Shown in pieces: positions 18,153-26,964 of a stretch of DNA of 64,000 bases. Under the pieces are notes generated by a model. It saw nothing but the letters and a program-made list of their open reading frames with translations. It was not told the origin of the DNA and searched no databases. The first letter of the stretch is position 1. Each line of letters begins with the position of its first letter. Source of the DNA: an uncultured Eubacteriales bacterium (GTDB lineage Bacteria; Bacillota; Clostridia; Oscillospirales; Acutalibacteraceae); NCBI GenBank assembly GCA_900317085.1, contig ONFJ01000002.1, positions 6,818 through 70,817 on the forward strand. The letters run 5' to 3'. Made by a program: the position numbers and the translations under genes.

Positions 18153-18701
18153 ATGAGAGTCATTTCGGGAACGGCACGCGGCATGCGGCTGACCGCTCTG
18201 GAGGGGCTGGACGTCCGACCCACGACCGACAAGGTCAAGGAGTCTTTGTTCAACATCATCCAGTTCGACATCGAAGGCAGACGGGTCCTCGACCTGTTCG
18301 CCGGGTCCGGCCAGCTCGGCATCGAAGCGCTGAGCCGCGGCGCGGAACACGCCACGTTCGTGGACCGCAGTCCGAAGTCCGTCTCCGTCGTCCGAAAGAA
18401 CCTCGAGCACACGAAGCTGGCACCTCTTGCCACCGTTCGTCAGGAAGAGGCCAACACTTTCCTTTTAAAGACCCGGGACACCTTCGACCTCGCGTTCCTC
18501 GACCCGCCTTACGGCCGTGGGCTCATCGACGCGGTCCTGCCGGAACTGGTCGAGCACATGTCGGACTACGGCATCATCGTCTGTGAGACCTCCCGGGACG
18601 AATCACTCCCCGAGACCGTCGGGGACTTCTATGCGGCTAAGACGTACCGCTACGGAAAGATCCAGCTGACGCTCTACCGCAGGAAGGAGGACGAAACATG
18701 A
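18153..18701 (+). CDS. rsmD: 16S rRNA (guanine966-N2)-methyltransferase RsmD
   Basis: MRVISGTARG..L....RPTTDKVKESLFN, VLDLFAGSGQLGIEALSRGA, FLDPPY. Confidence 0.92.
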   Translation: MRVISGTARGMRLTALEGLDVRPTTDKVKESLFNIIQFDIEGRRVLDLFAGSGQLGIEALSRGAEHATFVDRSPKSVSVVRKNLEHTKLAPLATVRQEEANTFLLKTRDTFDLAFLDPPYGRGLIDAVLPELVEHMSDYGIIVCETSRDESLPETVGDFYAAKTYRYGKIQLTLYRRKEDET

Positions 18702-19186
18702 GGACTGCCATCTGCCCCGGCAGTTTCGACCCCGTGACCAACGGGCACATCGATGTCATCGAGCGCGCATCCAAACTGTTCGATGAAGTCTACGTGGTCG
18801 CCATGACCAACTATCGGAAGGTCGGTTCCATGACCTTCACCGAAGAGGAGCGTGTCGAACTCCTCAAGAAGAGTACGAACCACCTCAGCAATGTGAAGGT
18901 GGACACCTTCAGCGGGCTCCTCGCCGACTACGCGACGGCCCACGACATCCACATCATCGTCAAAGGGCTGCGAGCCGTCTCGGACTTCGAGAACGAGTTC
19001 CAGCAGTCCATCGCCAACAGACACATCAATGAAGACCTCGAGACCGTGTTTCTCCCGTGTTCGGCAGACAACATGTACCTGAGCTCCAGCTTCGTCAAAC
19101 AGCTCGGACAGCTGGGCGGCGACATTTCGGACTTCGTACCGGAAGCGGTCTGTGAGGATATCATAAAAAGATTAAGGAAGGAATAA
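18698..19186 (+). CDS. coaD: Pantetheine-phosphate adenylyltransferase
   Basis: ICPGSFDPVTNGHIDVIERA is the typical CoaD N-terminus. Confidence 0.95.
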   Translation: MRTAICPGSFDPVTNGHIDVIERASKLFDEVYVVAMTNYRKVGSMTFTEEERVELLKKSTNHLSNVKVDTFSGLLADYATAHDIHIIVKGLRAVSDFENEFQQSIANRHINEDLETVFLPCSADNMYLSSSFVKQLGQLGGDISDFVPEAVCEDIIKRLRKE

Positions 19187-19191
19187 CCATC

Positions 19192-20100
19192 ATGGCACAG
19201 ATTGAAGATTACCTTGACGAAATTGAAGAACTCCTGGAAAGTGGGAGAGGCAGTGCTTTCTCCGGAAAAACGAGTGTAGATGCGGACGCCATCAAGACCG
19301 TCATCGAAGATATGCGCCTGGATATTCCGGAAGAGATCAAGCAGGCCAAAATTCTTGCGACCGAGCGTCGTGAGATCATCAACCGCGCCAATCAGGAAGC
19401 GGACCGCATCGTGGAGGACGCCAAGTCCAGAAGCCGCGAGTACCTGACTGCCGCCGAAATGCGCGTGAAGGAACTGACCGAAAAGGCCAGCAAGAGCTCC
19501 GAGAAGGAACTCAAAGATGCTCACGCCGGTGCCCAGAAGATCCTCGAAGAGGCCCGCGCACAGGCAGACGGACTCATTGCCCGTGAGAACATCGTGAAAG
19601 AAGCAAAGACTACCGCTGAAACGCTCAACGCGGAAGCGGAGAAATATCTGTCCGAGGCAAAGGCAGGCGCTGCCAAGCTGACCGCCGACACCGAGGAGTC
19701 CACGACCACCCTCGTCGCCGAGACTCAGGCCAAAGTCGACGCCATGCTCGCCGAGGCCAAAGCACAGGCCGACGCCATGGTCGCCGAAGCCAACGAGAAG
19801 GCTGCCGCCATCGGTGCCGAAGCTCAGCGCAACGCCGAGCGCACCATCCAGGACGCGGACTACACCGCCCAGACCAAGATGGAAGCCGCCAACAAGTGGG
19901 CCGTCGACCTCAAGGCCAGCGTCGGTTCCTACATCACGAACCTCGTCAACGAGACCGAGTACCGTGTTGCCAAGAGCCTCAACGAAGTCCATCAGCTCCA
20001 GGCGAACATCAACCAGTCCAGCCTCGAGAACGGCAACCAGCGCAATGTCCGCAGCAACCAGAACGCGGTCACCGCTGCTCAGCAGAAGAACAAACGCTGA
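19192..20100 (+). CDS. Coiled-coil protein (A/E/K-rich; often annotated ATPase/ATP-synthase-B-like), function unknown
   Basis: 302 aa of low-complexity, heptad-like sequence in the position downstream of coaD. No catalytic motif was recognised. Confidence 0.5.
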   Translation: MAQIEDYLDEIEELLESGRGSAFSGKTSVDADAIKTVIEDMRLDIPEEIKQAKILATERREIINRANQEADRIVEDAKSRSREYLTAAEMRVKELTEKASKSSEKELKDAHAGAQKILEEARAQADGLIARENIVKEAKTTAETLNAEAEKYLSEAKAGAAKLTADTEESTTTLVAETQAKVDAMLAEAKAQADAMVAEANEKAAAIGAEAQRNAERTIQDADYTAQTKMEAANKWAVDLKASVGSYITNLVNETEYRVAKSLNEVHQLQANINQSSLENGNQRNVRSNQNAVTAAQQKNKR

Positions 20101-20169
20101 GAACACGAAGAACGCAGAGGAGCATTGTTTTGCAATGCTCCTTTTTTCTTGAAGAAGGGAGGGGAGCGC

Positions 20170-20877
20170 ATGCGCCTTGACAAACTGCTGGGGTCCCAGA
20201 CCGACCTCAGCCGCAAGGAAGCGAGACAGGTCATCAAGGACGGCCTGGTTTCCGTGGGCGATGTGGTCATCCGCGACCCGGGCTTCTCCGTAGACCCGAA
20301 CGCCCAGTCCGTGACGGTCGCCGGCACTCCTCTCGAATTCAAAGAACACCTGTACCTCATGCTGAACAAGCCGGAGGGGTACATCAGCGCGACGGAAGAC
20401 CGGACGCAGAAGACGGTCCTCGACCTCGTGCCGCCGGACCTGTACCGGGACGGCCTGTTTCCGGCGGGGCGGCTCGACGCGGACACGACCGGCTTCGTGC
20501 TCCTGACGGACGACGGAGCCTTCGCCCATGACATCCTGTCGCCGAAACACCATGTGCAGAAGACGTACATCGCCACCCTGGCGGAGCCCGTGACGGGAGA
20601 CTGTCTCCGGCAGGTGCGGGGTGGCATCGAACTGAAGGACGGGACCGTGTGCCTGCCGGCAGACGTCCGGGCACTCTCGGAGTTCGAAGCGGAACTGAAA
20701 CTCGTCGAAGGGAAGTACCACCAGGTGAAACGCATGTTCGCGGCGGCGGGCAACAAGGTGGTCGCTCTGCGGCGGACCGCGATGGGCGATGTACCACTCG
20801 ACCCGTCACTGGCGCCGGGGGAGTGTCGGGAACTGCGCAAAGAAGAACTTGACGCACTCCGAAAACGGAAAAATTAG
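20170..20877 (+). CDS. rsuA: Pseudouridine synthase, RsuA/RluB family (S4 domain + catalytic domain)
   Basis: ATG at 20170 after GGGAGGGGAG. MRLDKLL...SRKEARQVI (S4 domain) and AGRLDADTTGFVLLTDDG (catalytic Asp). Confidence 0.9.
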   Translation: MRLDKLLGSQTDLSRKEARQVIKDGLVSVGDVVIRDPGFSVDPNAQSVTVAGTPLEFKEHLYLMLNKPEGYISATEDRTQKTVLDLVPPDLYRDGLFPAGRLDADTTGFVLLTDDGAFAHDILSPKHHVQKTYIATLAEPVTGDCLRQVRGGIELKDGTVCLPADVRALSEFEAELKLVEGKYHQVKRMFAAAGNKVVALRRTAMGDVPLDPSLAPGECRELRKEELDALRKRKN

Positions 20878-20894
20878 AAACTGTACAATTTTGG

Positions 20895-20933
20895 TGCCGT
20901 TGTGGTTTTCCACAAACGGCATTTCATTTTTTT
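20895..20933 (+). terminator. Intrinsic terminator after rsuA
   Basis: Stem TGCCGTTGTGG / CACAAACGGCA followed by TTTCATTTTTTT. Confidence 0.75.
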
Positions 20934-21057
20934 GGAGTATTTTTATAAAAACGCCAACAAAATTGTTGTAATTTGAAAATCGATTGTGTATTATAGATAA
21001 CGTAAGCCGTCAGAAATTGTACAAAAGGTATAAAAATACATATTCGAGGTTTTTCCT

Positions 21058-22143
21058 ATGTCCAATCGACTTTTCCAGGGTGTCATTCACCAGATGAGAG
21101 ACGCCATCGACCGCACCGTCGGTGTCATCGACGAGTCCGGCACCGTCATCTCCTGCAGCGAACTCGAGCGCATCGGGGAGCAGAACCAGACCCTGATTAC
21201 CGATATTTTCAATTCGAACGATCCCATCATCCTCGACGGTACGACCTACCTGTCCTTCGACTCCAGAATGCGTCATGAGTACGCCATCTTTGTCGACGGG
21301 GAAGATGAACTCGCCGAGAAGTATGCCCGCATCCTGTCCGTTTCCTTCGGCAGCATCAAGCAGTTCTACGACGAGAAATACGACCGCAGCAACTTCGTGA
21401 AGAACGTCATCCTGGACAACATCCTGCCCGGTGACATCTACATCAAGGCGAGAGAGCTCCGGTTCAACTCCGACGCCACCCGCGTCGTCCTGCTCATCCG
21501 CATCACCGGTTCCGAGGATGCCACCGTCTTCGACGTCATCCAGAACCTGTTCCCGGACCGCAACAAGGACTTCGTCATCAACATCTCCGAGACCGACATC
21601 GCCCTCGTCAAAGAGGTCAACCCGGATGTCGATCCGAAAGACCTTGAGAACCTGGCACACTCCATCGCCGACGCCCTCAGCGCCGAGTTCTACAGCAGTG
21701 CCCAGGTCGGCATCGGTACCACCGTCGTCGGTCTCAAGGACCTGTCCCGCTCGTTGAAGGAGGCCCAGGTGGCCCTCGAAGTCGGCAAAGTCTTCGACAC
21801 CGAGAAGGACATCATCAGCTACGACAACCTCGGCATCGCCCGACTCATCTATCAGCTGCCGACCACGCTCTGCGAGATGTTCCTGTCTGAGATCTTCAAG
21901 CGCGGCTCCATCGACAGCCTCGACCAGGAGACCCTGTTCACCATCCAGCGGTTCTTCGAGAACAACCTGAACGTCTCCGAGACGTCCCGGAAACTGTTCG
22001 TCCACCGGAACACCCTGGTCTATCGTCTTGAGAAGATCAAGAAGATCACCGGTCTGGACCTTCGTGAGTTCGATGACGCCATCGTCTTCAAAGTAGCGCT
22101 GATGGTCAAGAAATATCTCGACTCGAACCCGACAAAATTCTAA
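21058..22143 (+). CDS. PucR/CdaR-family transcriptional regulator
   Basis: 361 aa. C-terminal PucR HTH: NVSETSRKLFVHRNTLVYRLEKIKKITGLD. Confidence 0.85.
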   Translation: MSNRLFQGVIHQMRDAIDRTVGVIDESGTVISCSELERIGEQNQTLITDIFNSNDPIILDGTTYLSFDSRMRHEYAIFVDGEDELAEKYARILSVSFGSIKQFYDEKYDRSNFVKNVILDNILPGDIYIKARELRFNSDATRVVLLIRITGSEDATVFDVIQNLFPDRNKDFVINISETDIALVKEVNPDVDPKDLENLAHSIADALSAEFYSSAQVGIGTTVVGLKDLSRSLKEAQVALEVGKVFDTEKDIISYDNLGIARLIYQLPTTLCEMFLSEIFKRGSIDSLDQETLFTIQRFFENNLNVSETSRKLFVHRNTLVYRLEKIKKITGLDLREFDDAIVFKVALMVKKYLDSNPTKF

Positions 22144-22193
22144 ACCTTTTGTGAACACAGGTTACAAAAGGGTAACATTGTGTTATAATGCTT

Positions 22194-22242
22194 CCTGCTC
22201 TGAGAGAAACCGCTCGTTTTTCCTTCAGAGCAGGGCTTTTTT
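22194..22242 (+). terminator. Intrinsic terminator downstream of the PucR-family gene
   Basis: 10-bp stem CCTGCTCTGA / TCAGAGCAGG followed by GCTTTTTT. Confidence 0.7.
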
Positions 22243-22334
22243 GAGCGGCTCCGTAAATCGCCGTTTAAGCTAGCCTTTAAGTTTTGTTTATATAATTTCC
22301 TATTAAGATATCAATTCATAAGGAGTATGCCAAC

Positions 22335-23279
22335 GTGATCGAATTCAGAGATGTATCCAAGGTATACGACAACGGAACCGTGGCTCTGAAAGACGTCAAC
22401 CTGCGGATCGACCGCGGCGAGTTCGTCTTCATTGTCGGTGCGTCCGGTGCCGGTAAAAGTACCTTCCTGAAAACCATCATGCGGGAAGAGGTCCCCACCA
22501 GCGGCAGCATCATGATCAACAACTATGACCTGACCAAGATGAGCACACGGGAGATCCCGTACTACCGCCGGACCCTGGGCATCGTGTTCCAGGACTTCCG
22601 CCTCATCCCGAAAATGTCCGTCTATGACAACGTGGCCTTCGCCATGCGCGTCATCGGCGCCAGCGAGAAAGAGATCAAGAAACGTGTCCCGTACGTCCTG
22701 ACTCTGGTCGGCCTGCAGGACAAGGCAAACAACATGCCGAACGAGATCTCCGGCGGTGAGCAGCAGCGAGTTGCTCTGGCCCGCGCGCTGGTCAACAACG
22801 CCAACACCATCATCGCCGACGAGCCCACCGGTAACGTGGACCCGGAGATGTCCTACGAGATCGTGGAACTGCTTGACCGCATCAACGAGAACGGTACCAC
22901 CATCATCATGGTCACCCATGAACACGAGCTGGTCAAACAGTTCGACCACCGCATCGTCGTCATCGACAACGGTGAAGTCGTCTCCGACATGGCCAACGGC
23001 GGTGTCCTCCACTATGACAGCAAGACCGGCTACCAGCCCGTCCCGAACGTCACGGAGATGAAGACCATCACTCTGCACAACGTCTCCTTCCAGAACGCTC
23101 CGGTGACCCAGGTCATCGAGCCCCAGGCGCCCGCCGCCGTCGAAGAACCGGTCGAGATCGAAGTCCCGGTCGAGACTGCTCCGGCCGCGGAAGAGCCGAC
23201 CCTGTCTTTCGCAGAGGCCACTCTGAAGGAGATCGAACTCGACATCGAGGCAAAGAGAGGCGGTGACAGCAATGGCTAA
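22335..23279 (+). CDS. ftsE: Cell-division ABC transporter ATP-binding protein FtsE with an approximately 85-aa P/E/A-rich C-terminal extension
   Basis: GTG start. Walker A GASGAGKST, signature ISGGEQQRVALARAL, Walker B IIADEPTGNVD. The tail beyond about residue 228 is non-ABC. Confidence 0.92.
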   Translation: MIEFRDVSKVYDNGTVALKDVNLRIDRGEFVFIVGASGAGKSTFLKTIMREEVPTSGSIMINNYDLTKMSTREIPYYRRTLGIVFQDFRLIPKMSVYDNVAFAMRVIGASEKEIKKRVPYVLTLVGLQDKANNMPNEISGGEQQRVALARALVNNANTIIADEPTGNVDPEMSYEIVELLDRINENGTTIIMVTHEHELVKQFDHRIVVIDNGEVVSDMANGGVLHYDSKTGYQPVPNVTEMKTITLHNVSFQNAPVTQVIEPQAPAAVEEPVEIEVPVETAPAAEEPTLSFAEATLKEIELDIEAKRGGDSNG

Positions 23280-24246
23280 AGCGGAAAAGAGACAGAAGGC
23301 CGCCTCCACGAAAGCTGCCAAGACCCGCCGCCGTTCCTTCAATGTCGGATACCTTACGAAGGAAGGCGTACGCAACGTCTGGTCCAACCGGCTCATGTCC
23401 GTGGCCTCCGTTGCCGTTCTGACGTCCTGTCTGCTCCTCATCGGTGTCGCCATCATGCTGTATGCGAACATCGACATGGCCCTCGATGACGTCCAGGAAC
23501 AGAACATCATCATGGTGTACCTCGACGACAACATCTCGGAAGAGGACATCAATACCGTCGGTCAGGACATTCGAATGATCTCTGACATCGAGTCTGCCGA
23601 ATTCGTCTCCAAGGAAGAAGCCTACCAGTCTCAGCTGGAGAGCCTCGGAGATGACGCCAAACTCATGGAAGGCCTCGAGGAGAACCCGCTTCCGGACTCC
23701 TACGAAGTCTACCTCAAGACCCTTGACCACTACGACACGGTCCAGGAGAGCCTCAAGTCCATCAACCATGTCGCCAGCGTCCGCGGCAACTCGGACCTCG
23801 CGGAACAGGTCCGGCAGCTCTCCAGAGCCGTCACCATCATCAGCGTCGGTATCATCATCATGCTGCTCGCCGTGTCCCTGTTCATCATCGCGAACACGGT
23901 CCGAGTCACCATGTATAACCGCCGCCTGGAGATCTCCATCATGAAGGCCGTCGGCGCCACCAACTGGTTCATCCGCTGGCCCTTCATCATTGAAGGTATC
24001 ATCATCGGTATCATCTCCGGCATCGTTTCGGAAGGCCTTGTCTGGGCGCTCTATTCGCTCGCTCTCCGGAACATCGGAAACGTCTTCCAGATGCTGGGCA
24101 GCCAGTCCATCCCGTTCTCGGCCTATGCCGGACGGATGCTCGTCGCCTTCATCCTCGTCGGTATCCTCGCCGGTGCCGTCGGTTCCATCGTTTCCATGGC
24201 CCGCTACCTGAAGGAACAGGGGAGTGTGATTTTAGATGACAACTAA
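23272..24246 (+). CDS. ftsX: Cell-division permease-like protein FtsX
   Basis: FtsX topology: TM1, an extracellular domain and 3 TMs, with RNVWSNRLMSVASV near the N-terminus. An alternative GTG start lies at 23263. Confidence 0.9.
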   Translation: MAKAEKRQKAASTKAAKTRRRSFNVGYLTKEGVRNVWSNRLMSVASVAVLTSCLLLIGVAIMLYANIDMALDDVQEQNIIMVYLDDNISEEDINTVGQDIRMISDIESAEFVSKEEAYQSQLESLGDDAKLMEGLEENPLPDSYEVYLKTLDHYDTVQESLKSINHVASVRGNSDLAEQVRQLSRAVTIISVGIIIMLLAVSLFIIANTVRVTMYNRRLEISIMKAVGATNWFIRWPFIIEGIIIGIISGIVSEGLVWALYSLALRNIGNVFQMLGSQSIPFSAYAGRMLVAFILVGILAGAVGSIVSMARYLKEQGSVILDDN

Positions 24247-25528
24247 GACGAATCGTCTCATGAGTCTCCTCCTGGCCTTCGCCGTCATGGCGCTCCTCGC
24301 CATCCCGACCCCTGCCGGCATCCAGGCATACGCTGCCGACAGCGCGGTCAGCCAGAAGATCGCCGACCTCGACGAGAAGATCGCCGCGAGCCAGGAAAAG
24401 ATCAAAGAGAACGAAGCCAAGAAAAAAGAGGCACAGCAGAACGCAGACACCATCCAGGAAAGCGTCGACCTGCTGCAGTCTCAGATCAATGCCTATAACT
24501 CGAAGATCGACGTCCTGAACAGCCAGATCTCCACGCTGAACAAGGACCTGACCAGCACCCAGCAGAAGATCGCGCAGACCGAGGCCGACATGGCGGTCCA
24601 GAAAGAACAGATCGCCGCCACCCAGAGCCTCTATGCCGACCGTCTCCGGGCGATGTATGTCACCGGCAACGTCTCGAACCTCGAGATCCTGCTGGAGGCA
24701 GACAACTTCCGGGACTTCCTGAACCGGCTCGAGATGCTGACCCGCATCAGCAAGCACGACAATGAGATCATCAAGACCCTTCAGGATGAGATCGCCGTGT
24801 TCGAGCAGACGGAAGCCACGCTCAAGCAGAGCGAACAGAAACTGGTCTCCGACAAAGAACAGATCGAAAACTCCAAGGCCATGCAGCAGGAGGCAAAGTC
24901 CCAGGTGGTCAGCGCCAAGAGCGACCTCGACTCCAAGGTCAACACCCTGCAGACGTACATCAGCGGCCTTGACGAGAACAGTGAAGAGCTGAACAACTAC
25001 ATCGCCAAAGCGAGAGCACAGCAGCAGGCCTACATGAACCAGGTCAACGCGAACCTCGCGGTCACGGCATCCACCGGTAACGGCGCCTACTCCGGCACGT
25101 TCATCTGGCCGGTCGCCGCCTCCGGGACCTACGTGTCCTCCGGTTACGGCTCCCGCTGGGGCACGTTCCACTACGGCATCGACATCACCGGCGGTGGCGG
25201 GAACGCTCCCATCGTGGCTGCGGCTGCCGGCCGTGTCACCATCGCGAGCAACACCTGCTCCCACAACTACGGCAAGAACTACAACTGCGGCTGTAACGGC
25301 GGCTACGGAAACTACGTGGTCATCGACCACGGTAACGGTCTTCTGACCTACTACGGACATATGTCCCGCGCCATCGTCTCCGCCGGCTCCTACGTGCAGC
25401 AGGGCCAGACCATCGGCTACATGGGCAGCACCGGTTATTCCACCGGCAACCACCTGCACTTCGAGGTCCGTGTCAACGACGGCACCTCCCGCTCGGTGGC
25501 GGCCCGCAACCCGATGAACTACTTCTAA
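24236..25528 (+). CDS. Coiled-coil + M23 (LytM) peptidoglycan DD-metalloendopeptidase family protein (EnvC/PcsB-like)
   Basis: Signal peptide, about 250 aa of coiled coil, then the M23 motifs HYGIDI and GSTGYSTGNHLHFEV. Confidence 0.9.
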   Translation: MTTKTNRLMSLLLAFAVMALLAIPTPAGIQAYAADSAVSQKIADLDEKIAASQEKIKENEAKKKEAQQNADTIQESVDLLQSQINAYNSKIDVLNSQISTLNKDLTSTQQKIAQTEADMAVQKEQIAATQSLYADRLRAMYVTGNVSNLEILLEADNFRDFLNRLEMLTRISKHDNEIIKTLQDEIAVFEQTEATLKQSEQKLVSDKEQIENSKAMQQEAKSQVVSAKSDLDSKVNTLQTYISGLDENSEELNNYIAKARAQQQAYMNQVNANLAVTASTGNGAYSGTFIWPVAASGTYVSSGYGSRWGTFHYGIDITGGGGNAPIVAAAAGRVTIASNTCSHNYGKNYNCGCNGGYGNYVVIDHGNGLLTYYGHMSRAIVSAGSYVQQGQTIGYMGSTGYSTGNHLHFEVRVNDGTSRSVAARNPMNYF

Positions 25529-25538
25529 AGAAACGCAT

Positions 25539-25572
25539 AAAAAATCGCCTCAGTACGCTGAGGCGATTTTTG
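25539..25572. terminator. Bidirectional intrinsic terminator
   Basis: Stem ATCGCCTCAG / CTGAGGCGAT flanked by an A-run and a T-run, between convergent genes. Confidence 0.85.
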
Positions 25573-25582
25573 TTTTGCTGTT

Positions 25583-26302
25583 TTAGCCGAGGAACGGGAA
25601 CTCGAGGATGTGGGAGGGGATGGTGAAGCTGACATAGTTGGCGGCTTCGTCGATGCCCTCGAAGTACATCCAGCGCTTCAGCTCGACGACCTTCTCCGTG
25701 GCGTCGATGCCGAACATATCCTGCTCTTTGTCGGACGGATCGCGCACGACGACACTCTGGTCGAACCGGCTGATGGGGTTGTCTTCGACGTTGGTCAGCA
25801 GGTTGTGGGCGAGGGAGCCTTCGAGTTCGCTCTGGTCGAGGAGTTCGAAGATCTGCGGCAGGTAGTAGTTGTCCTCATAGCCGAGGACCGTGTTGTCGGA
25901 CTTGCGGATGCGGACGAGGTGTTTGACGACTTTGCCGGGCTCCCATCGGTCGAGCACACTGCCTTCCGGAATGGTGAAGTCGCCGTTCTCGATGACCTCG
26001 TTGTTGTTCTTCATACCCACATGCTTCAGCATGAAGTTGAGGGAGAGGAAGGGCTCGAGGCCGTAGTGCTTGCTGCGTTCGCTGACAAAGGTGCCGACAC
26101 CCTGTCTCTTGTAAATGGTGCCTTCGTTTTCCAGCTGCGCCAGAGCTGCCCGGACGGTGGCACGACCGACGTCCAGGGTCTCCATGAGCTCGTACTCGGT
26201 GGGGAGCTGGGAATGTGCGGGATACTTCCCGGAGATGATGAGCTTCATGATGTACTCTTTTACGAAGATGTAAAGAGTTGGCGAATTTTCGCGTTTCGCC
26301 AT
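25583..26302 (-). CDS. GntR-family transcriptional regulator (HutC subfamily, UTRA effector domain)
   Basis: ATG at 26302 after an AAGGAGG-like RBS. Winged HTH: LPTEYELMETLDVGRATVRAALAQLENEG. Confidence 0.88.
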   Translation of the reverse strand: MAKRENSPTLYIFVKEYIMKLIISGKYPAHSQLPTEYELMETLDVGRATVRAALAQLENEGTIYKRQGVGTFVSERSKHYGLEPFLSLNFMLKHVGMKNNNEVIENGDFTIPEGSVLDRWEPGKVVKHLVRIRKSDNTVLGYEDNYYLPQIFELLDQSELEGSLAHNLLTNVEDNPISRFDQSVVVRDPSDKEQDMFGIDATEKVVELKRWMYFEGIDEAANYVSFTIPSHILEFPFLG

Positions 26303-26486
26303 AGGTAGAACCTCCTTACTAAAATGGACTGAAATTACCACAATTGTTCTAGCGGAACAGATTATAAAAAATGTTAGCCGTTAAGTCAATACAACCGAAC
26401 AAATTTATTTGCAAAAAAAAGATGTTTTCTTTATACGAATGTAAAAATATAAATGTAACGGCTTTCTATACAAAGACAGGTTCCCG

Positions 26487-26516
26487 TTGACACATGGTTT
26501 ATTATACACGTATAAT
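26487..26516 (+). promoter_or_regulatory. Candidate sigma-70 promoter
   Basis: TTGACA(26487-26492), 18 nt, TATAAT(26511-26516). Confidence 0.45.
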
Positions 26517-26582
26517 AATGGAGCTGTAGCATAAATCGCTACTTTCGAAAAAATCCATCACCACAGTCTGGAGGAAAATGAA

Positions 26583-26867
26583 ATGTTTGACTTCAAAAAG
26601 AATGCAATCACCAACGTGACCAAACTGGCGAAACTGGCCGTCTCTGTCGGTACCATCGCCGTCCTGCCGATCCTCATCCCGGCACAGGACCTGTACCAGG
26701 GCGCCGGCTCCACCGCCAAAGTCCCGGAGATCAAAGACGAAGACTTCGAAGAGATCTACAAGTCCATCGTCGTCGAGAACTTCCCGTATTCGACTCCGGT
26801 CATCTTCTCCAAGGAAGAGGTCTTCGACCTGCTCCGCACCATCCGTGGCGACTACGCGAACGCGTAA
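26583..26867 (+). CDS. Hypothetical small protein (one hydrophobic segment)
   Basis: 94-aa ORF with a GGAGGAAAATGAA RBS context and a downstream terminator. No family was recognised. Confidence 0.5.
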   Translation: MFDFKKNAITNVTKLAKLAVSVGTIAVLPILIPAQDLYQGAGSTAKVPEIKDEDFEEIYKSIVVENFPYSTPVIFSKEEVFDLLRTIRGDYANA

Positions 26868-26900
26868 GTGCCTGCCCGGGCGATCTGCAAAGCAAAAAAG

Positions 26901-26940
26901 AAACCGGAAGTGGGAAACCACTTCCGGTTTTTGTTGTTTT
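26901..26940. terminator. Bidirectional intrinsic terminator
   Basis: 13-bp stem AAACCGGAAGTGG / CCACTTCCGGTTT with a GAAA loop, followed by TTGTTGTTTT. Confidence 0.85.
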
Positions 26941-26964
26941 ATGGAGTTTTTGACCCGGGTCTCG

